In this document: one piece after another, positions 1 to 6,811 of the stretch | Position numbering within the stretch: the first letter of the stretch is position 1 | Layout: every line of letters begins with the position of its first letter | Assembly (NCBI GenBank): GCA_018221125.1 | Contig: JAAOYC010000036.1 | Coordinates: forward strand, 1 to 49,230 | Reading direction: 5' to 3' | Length of the DNA: 49,230 nt | Origin: Candidatus Woesearchaeota archaeon | GTDB lineage: Archaea; Nanobdellota; Nanobdellia; Woesearchaeales; WJKL01 | Translations under genes and position numbers: made by a program | The notes under the pieces: model-generated | The model's input: the letters and a program-made list of their open reading frames with translations, nothing else | The model's database searches: none | Told to the model about the DNA's origin: nothing

Positions 1-285
1 GATATTCCTACAGATTTCAGAATCAGAAAGCCGTATATTATGGAAGAATTAATCCATCCTTTTAATCTGTTTAATGAAGAATTCTTTGAAATAAGAAGTA
101 TGGCTATGAATGGAAAATATGTAGGAAGCATGCTTTTTGTTTCTCCAAAAAGACCAATGCACCTGGTTGCTGAAGGGAGAGTTGAGAAAACACCAAAAAA
201 ATTAGAAGGCAAGATAAAAAAAGCAACAGAGACTGTAGTAAAAGCTATTGAGAATGCTTCTTTAAAGGAAAAGAATATAAAGTAA
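1..285 (+). CDS. C-terminal part of a CDS entering from upstream of the window; hypothetical protein
   Basis: Frame 1 is open from base 1 (DIPTDFRIRKPYIMEELIHPF...) to the stop at 283-285; no family recognised. Confidence 0.45.
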   Translation, partial: DIPTDFRIRKPYIMEELIHPFNLFNEEFFEIRSMAMNGKYVGSMLFVSPKRPMHLVAEGRVEKTPKKLEGKIKKATETVVKAIENASLKEKNIK

Positions 286-303
286 AAGATATAGGAAAAT
301 AAT

Positions 304-648
304 ATGGAACTCAAACAGGTTATTTTAGTTCGTATGGATTTAAAGCTTCCTCCAGGTAAGCTTGCGGCGCAATGTGCTCATGCTTCTGTTCAAGCTGTAT
401 TTAATTCTGACAAGGCAAATGTTGCTGCTTGGAAAAGTCAAGGGCAGAAGAAGATTGTTTTAAAAGTTAAAGATGAGAAAGAATTGCTTGAGTTTGTTAA
501 TTTAGCAAAAGCAGCTGGATTGAAAACTGCTTTGATAACAGATGCCGGCAAAACAGTTATTGCTCCTGGTACTAAAACTTGCCTGGGAATTGGACCTGAT
601 GATGAAGAAAAGATTGATTCTGTTACTTCTAAGCTGAAGATGGTTTAG
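304..648 (+). CDS. pth2: peptidyl-tRNA hydrolase, archaeal/eukaryotic Pth2 type
   Basis: 114 aa; KQVILVRMDLKLPPGKLAAQCAHAS ... KIVLKV ... LITDAGKTVIAPGTKTCLGIGP matches the Pth2 family pattern and size. Confidence 0.9.
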   Translation: MELKQVILVRMDLKLPPGKLAAQCAHASVQAVFNSDKANVAAWKSQGQKKIVLKVKDEKELLEFVNLAKAAGLKTALITDAGKTVIAPGTKTCLGIGPDDEEKIDSVTSKLKMV

Positions 649-662
649 TTATTATTAACTAA

Positions 663-1718
663 TTGAGGAATAGAGCAACATTTAAAAATCCAAAAGACTT
701 AGATGATTATATGGCAGGAGAAGATTCTTATGGATATAGAAAAACGACTAAAAAGATATCTTATTTAGAAGACTTTCTTTCCAGACATAACGGAGATAAT
801 TATGCAAAGGATGTCAGAGAAGAATTGAATAGAATAATCAAAGATAATCCATATACTTCTGACAAATTAGACAGATTATATTCAGATGTGATGAAAAAGG
901 ATAAGAAATCTTCTTGGAATCATAGGGATTATGCACATGTCTCTTTAGACAGGCCATTGGCAGACGCTTTAAAGATACACCAGGATAAAAGAGCATCTAC
1001 TTTATACCTAGATGGAATTTCTATTGTTTGTTTTTCTGAGAAAATGGTATATCATGTTGGCAAAAAGATAGATATAACAGAAAAAGATATGCAGGGAAGC
1101 CTGTATTTCAACACAGATTTTTTCAAGAGTTTTGATGTTTCAAAAAGCAAAAAATCAGGCTCTGATATGAGGAATATTGCCAAAACATTCTTCAAGGTTG
1201 ATGGAAAAAACCATGTTGCTCTTGTGCAGTATATGCCTTCCGGCAAATCAAGCAGCGAGCATTATCACACTCTTGGCGAAGTGATTATGCAATTAGCAGG
1301 AAGAAGTTTTTTAGAACTGCGTCCTGTTGATAATGATACTGAAAAAGAGGTTTTTGAGTTAAACCCTGGGGATATCAAAACAATTAGCCCGAGATATTTG
1401 CATATTGTCAGGACTTATGATGAAGGAAGCTTGACAGTTCCTATCAAACAGACTATCAATGGGAAAAAAGACCACATATATCCTGAGAAGAGCACAGATA
1501 GATTAATCGGAGAGATTGAAGATATAATCAGTATACCTCATTACAACTCAGGGAATGAAACGATTGTTGCCTTAAAAAAGTATTGTGAACCCCTTACTAA
1601 TTCTGAGATGAATAAAGTCAGAAAGATTATAGAGAAAAGACTGGAAGAAGAGAAAAATCCAAATGTTAAAGATATCTTGGCTAGATTGATAAAGGACAGA
1701 TACTCTTTAACTCCCTGA
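663..1718 (+). CDS. hypothetical protein with C-terminal cupin-like segment
   Basis: 351-aa ORF (TTG at 663, first ATG at 711); SSEHYHTLGEVIMQLAGRSFLEL...NPGDIKTISPRYLHIV resembles a cupin two-motif barrel; remainder unrecognised. Confidence 0.55.
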   Translation: MRNRATFKNPKDLDDYMAGEDSYGYRKTTKKISYLEDFLSRHNGDNYAKDVREELNRIIKDNPYTSDKLDRLYSDVMKKDKKSSWNHRDYAHVSLDRPLADALKIHQDKRASTLYLDGISIVCFSEKMVYHVGKKIDITEKDMQGSLYFNTDFFKSFDVSKSKKSGSDMRNIAKTFFKVDGKNHVALVQYMPSGKSSSEHYHTLGEVIMQLAGRSFLELRPVDNDTEKEVFELNPGDIKTISPRYLHIVRTYDEGSLTVPIKQTINGKKDHIYPEKSTDRLIGEIEDIISIPHYNSGNETIVALKKYCEPLTNSEMNKVRKIIEKRLEEEKNPNVKDILARLIKDRYSLTP

Positions 1719-1842
1719 AGGCGTCCATCCTGTTTTCTTTTTCATTAATATGTTTATTGTTTAAGAATATATATAAATATTTCTAGTTAAAATAAAAAAA
1801 AATAAGAAATAAAAATTATTAACTTAATCTATATCTAAAGAA

Positions 1843-2010
1843 TTAAAAACTTGGTCTTCTTTTTCTATAGCATTCTTTGCAATAAACCGGCCTGTCTCCT
1901 GAAGGCTTGAACGGAACTTCGCATTCCTGCCCACATTCAGCGCAAACTGCTTTATGCATTTCCTTAGGTCCACCGAAATCTCTTCTTGGACCCCTATCGA
2001 ATTCTCCCAT
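1843..2010 (-). CDS. small zinc-ribbon protein (CxxC-x17-CxxC), 55 aa, absent from the ORF track
   Basis: Hand translation MGEFDRGPRRDFGGPKEMHKAVCAECGQECEVPFKPSGDRPVYCKECYRKRRPSF; AAGGTGA Shine-Dalgarno 8 nt upstream of the ATG at 2010; local G+C higher than flanks. Confidence 0.7.
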   Translation of the reverse strand: MGEFDRGPRRDFGGPKEMHKAVCAECGQECEVPFKPSGDRPVYCKECYRKRRPSF

Positions 2011-2110
2011 ATTTATTTCACCTTATATTTTACATCAAAGAACCTAGAATTCTTCTCTGTTATTCTGATTGGAACATGGGGATTGTTTATAAAGGTTGCT
2101 ATTCAGTTAA

Positions 2111-2120
2111 GTTTTTAAAC
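2111..2120 (+). promoter_or_regulatory. TATA box for the tRNA gene
   Basis: gtttttaaac lies about 25 nt upstream of the tRNA 5' end at 2145. Confidence 0.5.
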
Positions 2121-2144
2121 AAAATCAGAATTCTATTCTCTATT

Positions 2145-2239
2145 GGGTCCATGGCTTAGTCTGGTTATAGCACTCGACTGATTCAATCAGGGTGAAGCTC
2201 TTAACCGAGATGTCGCGAGTTCGAATCTCGCTGGACCCA
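2145..2239 (+). tRNA. intron-containing tRNA, most likely tRNA-Lys(CUU) with a 20-nt intron at 2177-2196
   Basis: Acceptor GGGTCCA/TGGACCC plus discriminator A; D loop with GG; T arm GCGAG-TTCGAAT-CTCGC; removing 2177-2196 gives anticodon arm CTCGG-CTCTTAA-CCGAG (perfect 5-bp stem, U33, CUU, A37). Confidence 0.8.
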
Positions 2240-2308
2240 TATTTTCTAAAATTCACGAAGTAAAGTTAGCTTTGCTAACATACTTTGTAAATTCTCTCTA
2301 ACTCTCGA

Positions 2309-2327
2309 ATTCACGAAGGTTTTTAAA
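2309..2327 (+). promoter_or_regulatory. BRE+TATA promoter (ATTCACGAAGGTTTTTAAA)
   Basis: CGAAGG BRE-like element followed by TTTTTAAA, about 25 nt upstream of the ATG at 2351 (leaderless geometry). Confidence 0.65.
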
Positions 2328-2350
2328 TAATTTGCATTGCTTTCCTTATT

Positions 2351-3172
2351 ATGTGGAATCCATTATCATTATTTAGAAAGCCAAAACCTTTAGAGTTGTC
2401 AGTAGAAGAACTTTGGGAAATGGCTTTGGATAAACCCTCTGGGCAGGATGGAGGCAGAAAAGTTCTTTTAGTCGTTGAAAACCAGGAATTTAGATTTGTG
2501 CCCTGTGCAGTTTCAGAAACTGCTCAAACATACTTGGATGAAACAGGGGATGTTGAAAAGGTATTAAGGTATGTTGCGAATGCATTCTATATTTACAGAG
2601 ATACTGCCTGTCATGGTTTTTTGGCACCTCATTATAAGGTAGATGGTGCTTATGAATGGCCTAAACCAGTAAAATTCTCATGGGAAAGCATTGATGCAGT
2701 GATTATTGGAGGGGAATATGTGAATGGACCAATACCTGAGGATGGAAAAGCAAGGGTGATGAAGGAAGTAGGGGATAAGATTGAAGAAACTGAAATAAAA
2801 TTTAATAATCTAAAAAATGCAGAAGGAGAGGTTTTTGAACAGATTATTACAAGGGAGGAGAGTGTGAGAGATATTATTCCTGGAAAAGACCAGTTACAAA
2901 AAGAGCTCAAATACAAAATTGATAATTTAAAAGATGTTGGCTTTATAGGAATGCAGGACTGGCAGACCCGTTCATTAAGAGTTTATGCAAATCCTTTCTA
3001 TCATATGATCTGCGATTTGCTGGAAGGCAAAGTCTCTAGAGGGGAAATTAGAGGGTATGTTGAAGATTACTTAGCATGCATGACTAAATCATACAAAACG
3101 ATTGTTGGAAGATACAGGAAACATAGATTTGAGAAAATAAATCCAGATGCTCTTATGTGGAATTTATTCTAG
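2351..3172 (+). CDS. hypothetical protein
   Basis: 273-aa ORF directly behind a consensus promoter; no family recognised. Confidence 0.65.
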   Translation: MWNPLSLFRKPKPLELSVEELWEMALDKPSGQDGGRKVLLVVENQEFRFVPCAVSETAQTYLDETGDVEKVLRYVANAFYIYRDTACHGFLAPHYKVDGAYEWPKPVKFSWESIDAVIIGGEYVNGPIPEDGKARVMKEVGDKIEETEIKFNNLKNAEGEVFEQIITREESVRDIIPGKDQLQKELKYKIDNLKDVGFIGMQDWQTRSLRVYANPFYHMICDLLEGKVSRGEIRGYVEDYLACMTKSYKTIVGRYRKHRFEKINPDALMWNLF

Positions 3173-3326
3173 AAATTAACAAAGGTTTGTCAACAGCCTT
3201 TTCCTCTTCGCTTCGCTCGAGCAAAACCCTGGGGAAAATCGCCCAGTACTATTTCGCAGCGTAGAGTCAAACTCACTTCGTTCGTTTGGGTACCTGCTCA
3301 ATAGTACGAAAAATTAACAAAGGTTT
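3173..3326. repeat. 16-nt direct repeat (AAATTAACAAAGGTTT at 3173-3188 and 3311-3326) bracketing a G+C-rich structured insert
   Basis: Exact 16-mer twice, 138 bp apart; the intervening ~120 nt is about 50 percent G+C by hand count and contains nested helices (see findings). Confidence 0.6.
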
Positions 3327-3425
3327 ATAAAGGGGAAGATAATCATATGATGTATTGGAAAACTTTAATTCATTTTAGATTATATTTTTGGCGTGATTAT
3401 TAATGATTTTTCTGATAACAAATAA

Positions 3426-3545
3426 ATGATTGATTATAAAATAGTTAAATACTGCAAATTATGTAAAAAGAGATTCGTCAAGATGAAAGGCGAGTCAAAT
3501 AATTATTATTGCGACAAGTGTATGTCCAAGATTAGAAAAAAATGA
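3426..3545 (+). CDS. possible 39-aa zinc-ribbon protein, absent from the ORF track
   Basis: MIDYKIVKYCKLCKKRFVKMKGESNNYYCDKCMSKIRKK; CxxC-x15-CxxC; ends 15 nt before csp. Confidence 0.35.
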   Translation: MIDYKIVKYCKLCKKRFVKMKGESNNYYCDKCMSKIRKK

Positions 3546-3560
3546 TATGGGGGTGAAAAA

Positions 3561-3761
3561 ATGAAGGGAACAGTAAAATTCTTTAACGAAGGAAAAGGAT
3601 TTGGCTTTATTGCTGGCGAAGATGGAAAAGAGTATTTTGTCCATATGTCAGGATTAAAGGAAGGCGTTACTATTAATGATAATGACGAAGTAACTTTTGA
3701 CGTTGTAGAAGGCGACAGAGGACCAAAAGCTGAAAATGTTGAGCTAGCAAGTTCTGAGTAA
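3561..3761 (+). CDS. csp: cold-shock domain protein (CspA family)
   Basis: MKGTVKFFNEGKGFGFI (RNP1-like KGFGFI) and YFVHMSGL (RNP2-like); 66 aa; GGGGGTGA Shine-Dalgarno upstream. Confidence 0.9.
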   Translation: MKGTVKFFNEGKGFGFIAGEDGKEYFVHMSGLKEGVTINDNDEVTFDVVEGDRGPKAENVELASSE

Positions 3762-3787
3762 GAATTTCTAATTGATATAATTAAAAC

Positions 3788-3807
3788 TCTTTTTCTTTGT
3801 TTTTTTT
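3788..3807 (+). terminator. oligo-T tract, candidate archaeal terminator downstream of csp
   Basis: tctttttctttgttttttt follows the csp stop. Confidence 0.4.
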
Positions 3808-3831
3808 AATTATGATAGTGGTAGCTATAAA

Positions 3832-3850
3832 TTGACGAAGGTTTATAAAA
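3832..3850 (+). promoter_or_regulatory. BRE+TATA promoter (TTGACGAAGGTTTATAAAA)
   Basis: Consensus motif about 25 nt upstream of the ATG at 3871. Confidence 0.65.
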
Positions 3851-3870
3851 TAAATAATATTAAAATTAAT

Positions 3871-4365
3871 ATGATAGACAAATATCAGTTAGATAAACTT
3901 CCGGAGAGATTTAGAAGCTATAATCTGGGTATTTTTGACATTGATGTTTCTTCTCATTATTTTAATGAATTAATGTGTGGTGCTATTAGTGATAATGATA
4001 TAATTGTAAATCCTGGGTTCTCAGAAGAACGAAAAGAAGAAGCAAGGAAAAGTTTGCCTGAAAATCTGCAAGCATTAGTAACTTATAGAGAATTTTTAGC
4101 AGAAGAAGTAGAGAGATATAATGAAAATGCGTCTGAGTATGGAAATCTTACTATTAGACTAGAAGATGTTATAGGGATTCTAATGACTTCTGGAAGTAAT
4201 GGTGAAAGACTTAATAAGATAACTCAAGAATTAAAAGCTATGGGTATTGAAGGAGAAAAATTAGATTATGACAGATTAAGGAATTTGTGTCTTGAAGCTA
4301 CATGTTTGATTTATGGGGAAGAGGATAGAGATAAATACAAACTAAGATTAGGAATTTCTGATTAG
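3871..4365 (+). CDS. hypothetical protein
   Basis: The ORF track starts at TTG 3832, which lies inside the promoter motif; the first ATG (MIDKYQLDKL) at 3871 fits a leaderless start. Confidence 0.6.
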   Translation: MIDKYQLDKLPERFRSYNLGIFDIDVSSHYFNELMCGAISDNDIIVNPGFSEERKEEARKSLPENLQALVTYREFLAEEVERYNENASEYGNLTIRLEDVIGILMTSGSNGERLNKITQELKAMGIEGEKLDYDRLRNLCLEATCLIYGEEDRDKYKLRLGISD

Positions 4366-4370
4366 TAAAA

Positions 4371-4390
4371 TTGACGAAGTTTTATATAAT
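4371..4390 (+). promoter_or_regulatory. BRE+TATA promoter (TTGACGAAGTTTTATATAAT)
   Basis: About 25 nt upstream of the ATG at 4411. Confidence 0.6.
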
Positions 4391-4410
4391 ATCTAAAGTA
4401 CTTTCTTGAT

Positions 4411-4851
4411 ATGGATAAACATTTACTAAAAAATCCTTTAATCTTAGCAATATTAACTATTGTAATGAGTTATTTAGTAGGATGGGTAGAATATGCAATC
4501 TTCTTTTCTTTTAGGGATTTTTATCTTGATACAGCATTAATGGTAATTGGAGGAATATTAACTGCTACTATTGTAGGTTGTATTTATGCAGGGCTTTTCA
4601 AAGAGATTATGCTTAAGAAAACCAGGATTATTGTTGCAGTTATTTATGTAATCTTTCAAATGTTTGCTATTTTAGTCGTGTCTGCTTTTTTTGTGTTTAT
4701 ACCAGCATTAGTCTCAGGATTAAGCGGAGCATTATCAGGACTTGGCATGGCTGTTTTAATTCTAATTCCTGAGTTGGTTTATGCGTTGCTCATCTATTGG
4801 GTATTGGGATTAAGTGGAAAGATTTATCTTAAATTGAAGAAGATACATTAG
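4411..4851 (+). CDS. integral membrane protein, hypothetical
   Basis: 146 aa with about four long hydrophobic stretches (ILAILTIVMSYLVGW, ALMVIGGILTATIVGCIYAGL, IIVAVIYVIFQMFAILVVSAFFVFIPALV, GMAVLILIPELVYALLIYWVLGL). Confidence 0.7.
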   Translation: MDKHLLKNPLILAILTIVMSYLVGWVEYAIFFSFRDFYLDTALMVIGGILTATIVGCIYAGLFKEIMLKKTRIIVAVIYVIFQMFAILVVSAFFVFIPALVSGLSGALSGLGMAVLILIPELVYALLIYWVLGLSGKIYLKLKKIH

Positions 4852-4867
4852 GCTCTTTTTCTTTAAT

Positions 4868-4886
4868 ATTCACGAAGGTTTTTAAC
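4868..4886 (+). promoter_or_regulatory. BRE+TATA promoter (ATTCACGAAGGTTTTTAAC), second TATA at 4891-4900
   Basis: Same 18-mer family as 2309 and 5964; upstream of the ATG at 4922. Confidence 0.6.
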
Positions 4887-4921
4887 AAATATTTATATAT
4901 CTTTTAATTCTATTTATTGAT

Positions 4922-5539
4922 ATGCCAGAAGACTACGAGATGGAAGAGTTTGCAGATATGGCTATTGGGGAATTAAGAGAATTTATTGATACAGAATTGC
5001 AGTTAGTTAATGAAGAGCATGAGCTTAGTTCTAAATTGATGTCATGGGATTATGTGATCGGGCATCTTGATGAAAGGATTCCAGCAAACATGACTCATTT
5101 GCATGCATTGAATGGGAAAATTACTGAAAAGCTTGTTGAAATCAGGGCTTTGGTTGAGTCTGACAGGATGAGGGATTTGAGCATAGTGAAGGAGGAAGAG
5201 GAAACACTGCTGAAACTGAGAGCAGATGTAAAGCACAGGGATTGGAGAGCAGTAAAGAAAGATGTAAAGGCAGAAGAGAAAGAAGAAAAAAGGGCTTTGA
5301 GATTGGAAAAAAGAGAGTTAAGGCAGCTGCATTCCCTGTTCATTGATTTGATGAAGCTGATGAAAAGAAGCAAGCTGATAGAAGCAATTGAGGAAGATTT
5401 GGCTTCTGAAAAAGGGAAGGAAGAGTATGAGAAATTGGAAGAATACTATTTCTTGCAGATTTACAAGTTTGCAAAGGCTTATGAAAGAATCTTCAGGCAC
5501 TTATGGGAGAAAGAGTTAGTGTTGGCTAGGAAGATTTAA
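4922..5539 (+). CDS. hypothetical coiled-coil-rich protein
   Basis: 205 aa, Glu/Lys/Leu-rich heptad-like sequence; antisense ORFs in the track look like mirror artefacts. Confidence 0.6.
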   Translation: MPEDYEMEEFADMAIGELREFIDTELQLVNEEHELSSKLMSWDYVIGHLDERIPANMTHLHALNGKITEKLVEIRALVESDRMRDLSIVKEEEETLLKLRADVKHRDWRAVKKDVKAEEKEEKRALRLEKRELRQLHSLFIDLMKLMKRSKLIEAIEEDLASEKGKEEYEKLEEYYFLQIYKFAKAYERIFRHLWEKELVLARKI

Positions 5540-5548
5540 CGAAGGTTT

Positions 5549-5914
5549 TTATTGGTTTACTATACGATACCAAGGACCACTTTTTTGACCAATTAATACA
5601 ACACCTTCTTCTGCTTCATCATATCGTTCAACAATGCCTTTTTCTTTCCATTCTTCTAGTTTGGCAGGCATGGCTTCATGAGCATCAGGATAATAAGTGC
5701 TACAAAGCACACCAGCACCAACAACACTATCTTCATAAAGACGTCTGCCTGTTATAGCAACAAGGCTTACATTACGTGGTGCTTTATATTTTTGACCTTT
5801 TAGTTTTGAATATGACTTCTCATGTTCTTCTTGTTCTTTTCTCCATGAATCTAATAGTTCCTCTTCAGTAAATTGGTATGATTTACAAAATTCCTCAAAT
5901 GTTATGTTTGGCAT
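5549..5914 (-). CDS. hypothetical protein
   Basis: 121-aa ORF with its own BRE+TATA at 5937-5952 on the minus strand. Confidence 0.65.
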   Translation of the reverse strand: MPNITFEEFCKSYQFTEEELLDSWRKEQEEHEKSYSKLKGQKYKAPRNVSLVAITGRRLYEDSVVGAGVLCSTYYPDAHEAMPAKLEEWKEKGIVERYDEAEEGVVLIGQKSGPWYRIVNQ

Positions 5915-5936
5915 TTTATTATTTAAGTGTTAATAG

Positions 5937-5952
5937 TTTTTAAACCTTCGTT
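5937..5952 (-). promoter_or_regulatory. BRE+TATA promoter (minus strand AACGAAGGTTTAAAA)
   Basis: About 25 nt upstream of the minus-strand ATG at 5914; divergent with the promoter at 5964. Confidence 0.6.
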
Positions 5953-5963
5953 CTTTTTCTAAT

Positions 5964-5983
5964 ATTCACGAAGGTTTTTAAAC
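5964..5983 (+). promoter_or_regulatory. BRE+TATA promoter (ATTCACGAAGGTTTTTAAAC)
   Basis: About 25 nt upstream of the ATG at 6004. Confidence 0.65.
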
Positions 5984-6003
5984 AGATTAATCTAATATTT
6001 TCT

Positions 6004-6429
6004 ATGATTGAATACCCAGCAGTTGTTTTTTGGACTGATGAATCTAATTTTGAGGGAATCAAAGCTGTTTTAAGAGATGAATTTGGATTGGTTGCTCCAA
6101 CAATAGCTGATGAAGAAAGACTAAGAAGGCAATTAGTCTGGGAAGATGATTCTAATGTTGGAAGGTACAGAGTTAATTTTGCACCTGAGCACAAACAGAT
6201 GAGAATGGATGACCCAAAAACAGGCAAAGTAAGATATATCACAATAGATAATTTTACATCTGGAGCAAAAGTAGCGTTCAGATATTGGTCTCAAAGACTA
6301 GATGAAGAAACAGAAAAAAAAGATCCTATGAAGACTGCTTATCTAAAGATATATGAATCACTAAAACCTGTCAAAGTTACAGATTTTGTATGTGAAGATA
6401 TTGATTTAGAAGTTCTCTTGGATTCTTAA
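6004..6429 (+). CDS. hypothetical protein
   Basis: 141-aa ORF behind a consensus promoter; the overlapping 5940-6242 minus ORF is rejected. Confidence 0.65.
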   Translation: MIEYPAVVFWTDESNFEGIKAVLRDEFGLVAPTIADEERLRRQLVWEDDSNVGRYRVNFAPEHKQMRMDDPKTGKVRYITIDNFTSGAKVAFRYWSQRLDEETEKKDPMKTAYLKIYESLKPVKVTDFVCEDIDLEVLLDS

Positions 6430-6731
6430 AAACCTTTAGGCAAATCTCTCAATCTTTCATAGGATTCTATTGATTCATAAGGGATAGATACATGCCTCTC
6501 ATGAACATATTCCAGATCAAAATATTCATCAGTTAATTGTCTAGCATGTCTAAATGTTCCTGACATCATTCTTTCATCCCAAGGTTCATTTTCTCCTTCA
6601 AACACCATAATCCCTAGATCTCTGTTTTGTAAGAACTTATAATCTGGTTTAAGCATTACAAAGAAGATTCCATGATCCTCTTCTTCAAGAGATTTTTTGA
6701 TGTCTTTTTCTAATGATGTCCCCATGTTCAT
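6426..6731 (-). CDS. hypothetical protein
   Basis: The ORF track starts at 6800, which would cover the lysS promoter; the internal MNMGTSLEKD start at 6731 lies about 25 nt downstream of a minus-strand TATA (6745-6757). Confidence 0.55.
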   Translation of the reverse strand: MNMGTSLEKDIKKSLEEEDHGIFFVMLKPDYKFLQNRDLGIMVFEGENEPWDERMMSGTFRHARQLTDEYFDLEYVHERHVSIPYESIESYERLRDLPKGF

Positions 6732-6773
6732 TGTTAAATAGAGAATTATATAAAAAGATGGTGCTTTTTTTCT

Positions 6774-6790
6774 AAAAACCTTTATATATA
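6774..6790 (+). promoter_or_regulatory. TATA promoter of lysS
   Basis: aaaaacctttatatata about 25 nt upstream of the ATG at 6812. Confidence 0.55.
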
Positions 6791-6811
6791 ACCAATACAA
6801 CTTGAATTCTT

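Noticed and set aside
1052-1246. Antisense ORFs nested inside longer, better-supported genes (for example 1052-1246, 2650-2916, 5042-5500 set, 6869-7243, 10928-11533 set, 12889-13431, 13912-14196, 14405-15458 set, 17287-18713 set, 28124-28471, 29671-30001, 31354-31664, 33050-33753 set, 40610-40852, 42787-43035, 44662-44934, 45422-45778, 47068-47265, 48860-49183)
   Set aside because: Each lies opposite or out of frame within a gene with clear family motifs or operon context. Their products are low-complexity Ser/Phe/Leu-rich mirror translations of purine-rich coding strands, and none has a promoter or Shine-Dalgarno.
2145-2239. Alternative reading of the tRNA as tRNA-Ile(GAU) with a canonical 37/38 intron
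   Set aside because: It would place U at position 37 and leave an A-C mismatch closing the anticodon stem. The 30/31 intron reading gives a perfect stem, U33 and A37. This is still worth a software check.
3346-3413. Possible C/D-box sRNA (ATGATGT ... GTGATTA-12 nt-CTGA)
   Set aside because: The boxes are imperfect, there is no acceptable D' box, the D'-C' spacer is too long (about 23 nt), and there is no terminal stem. Such matches are expected by chance in AT-rich DNA.
5940-6242. 100-aa minus-strand ORF spanning the divergent promoter region and the start of 6004-6429
   Set aside because: It would run through two consensus BRE+TATA promoters (5937-5952 and 5964-5983) and overlaps a gene with proper leaderless geometry.
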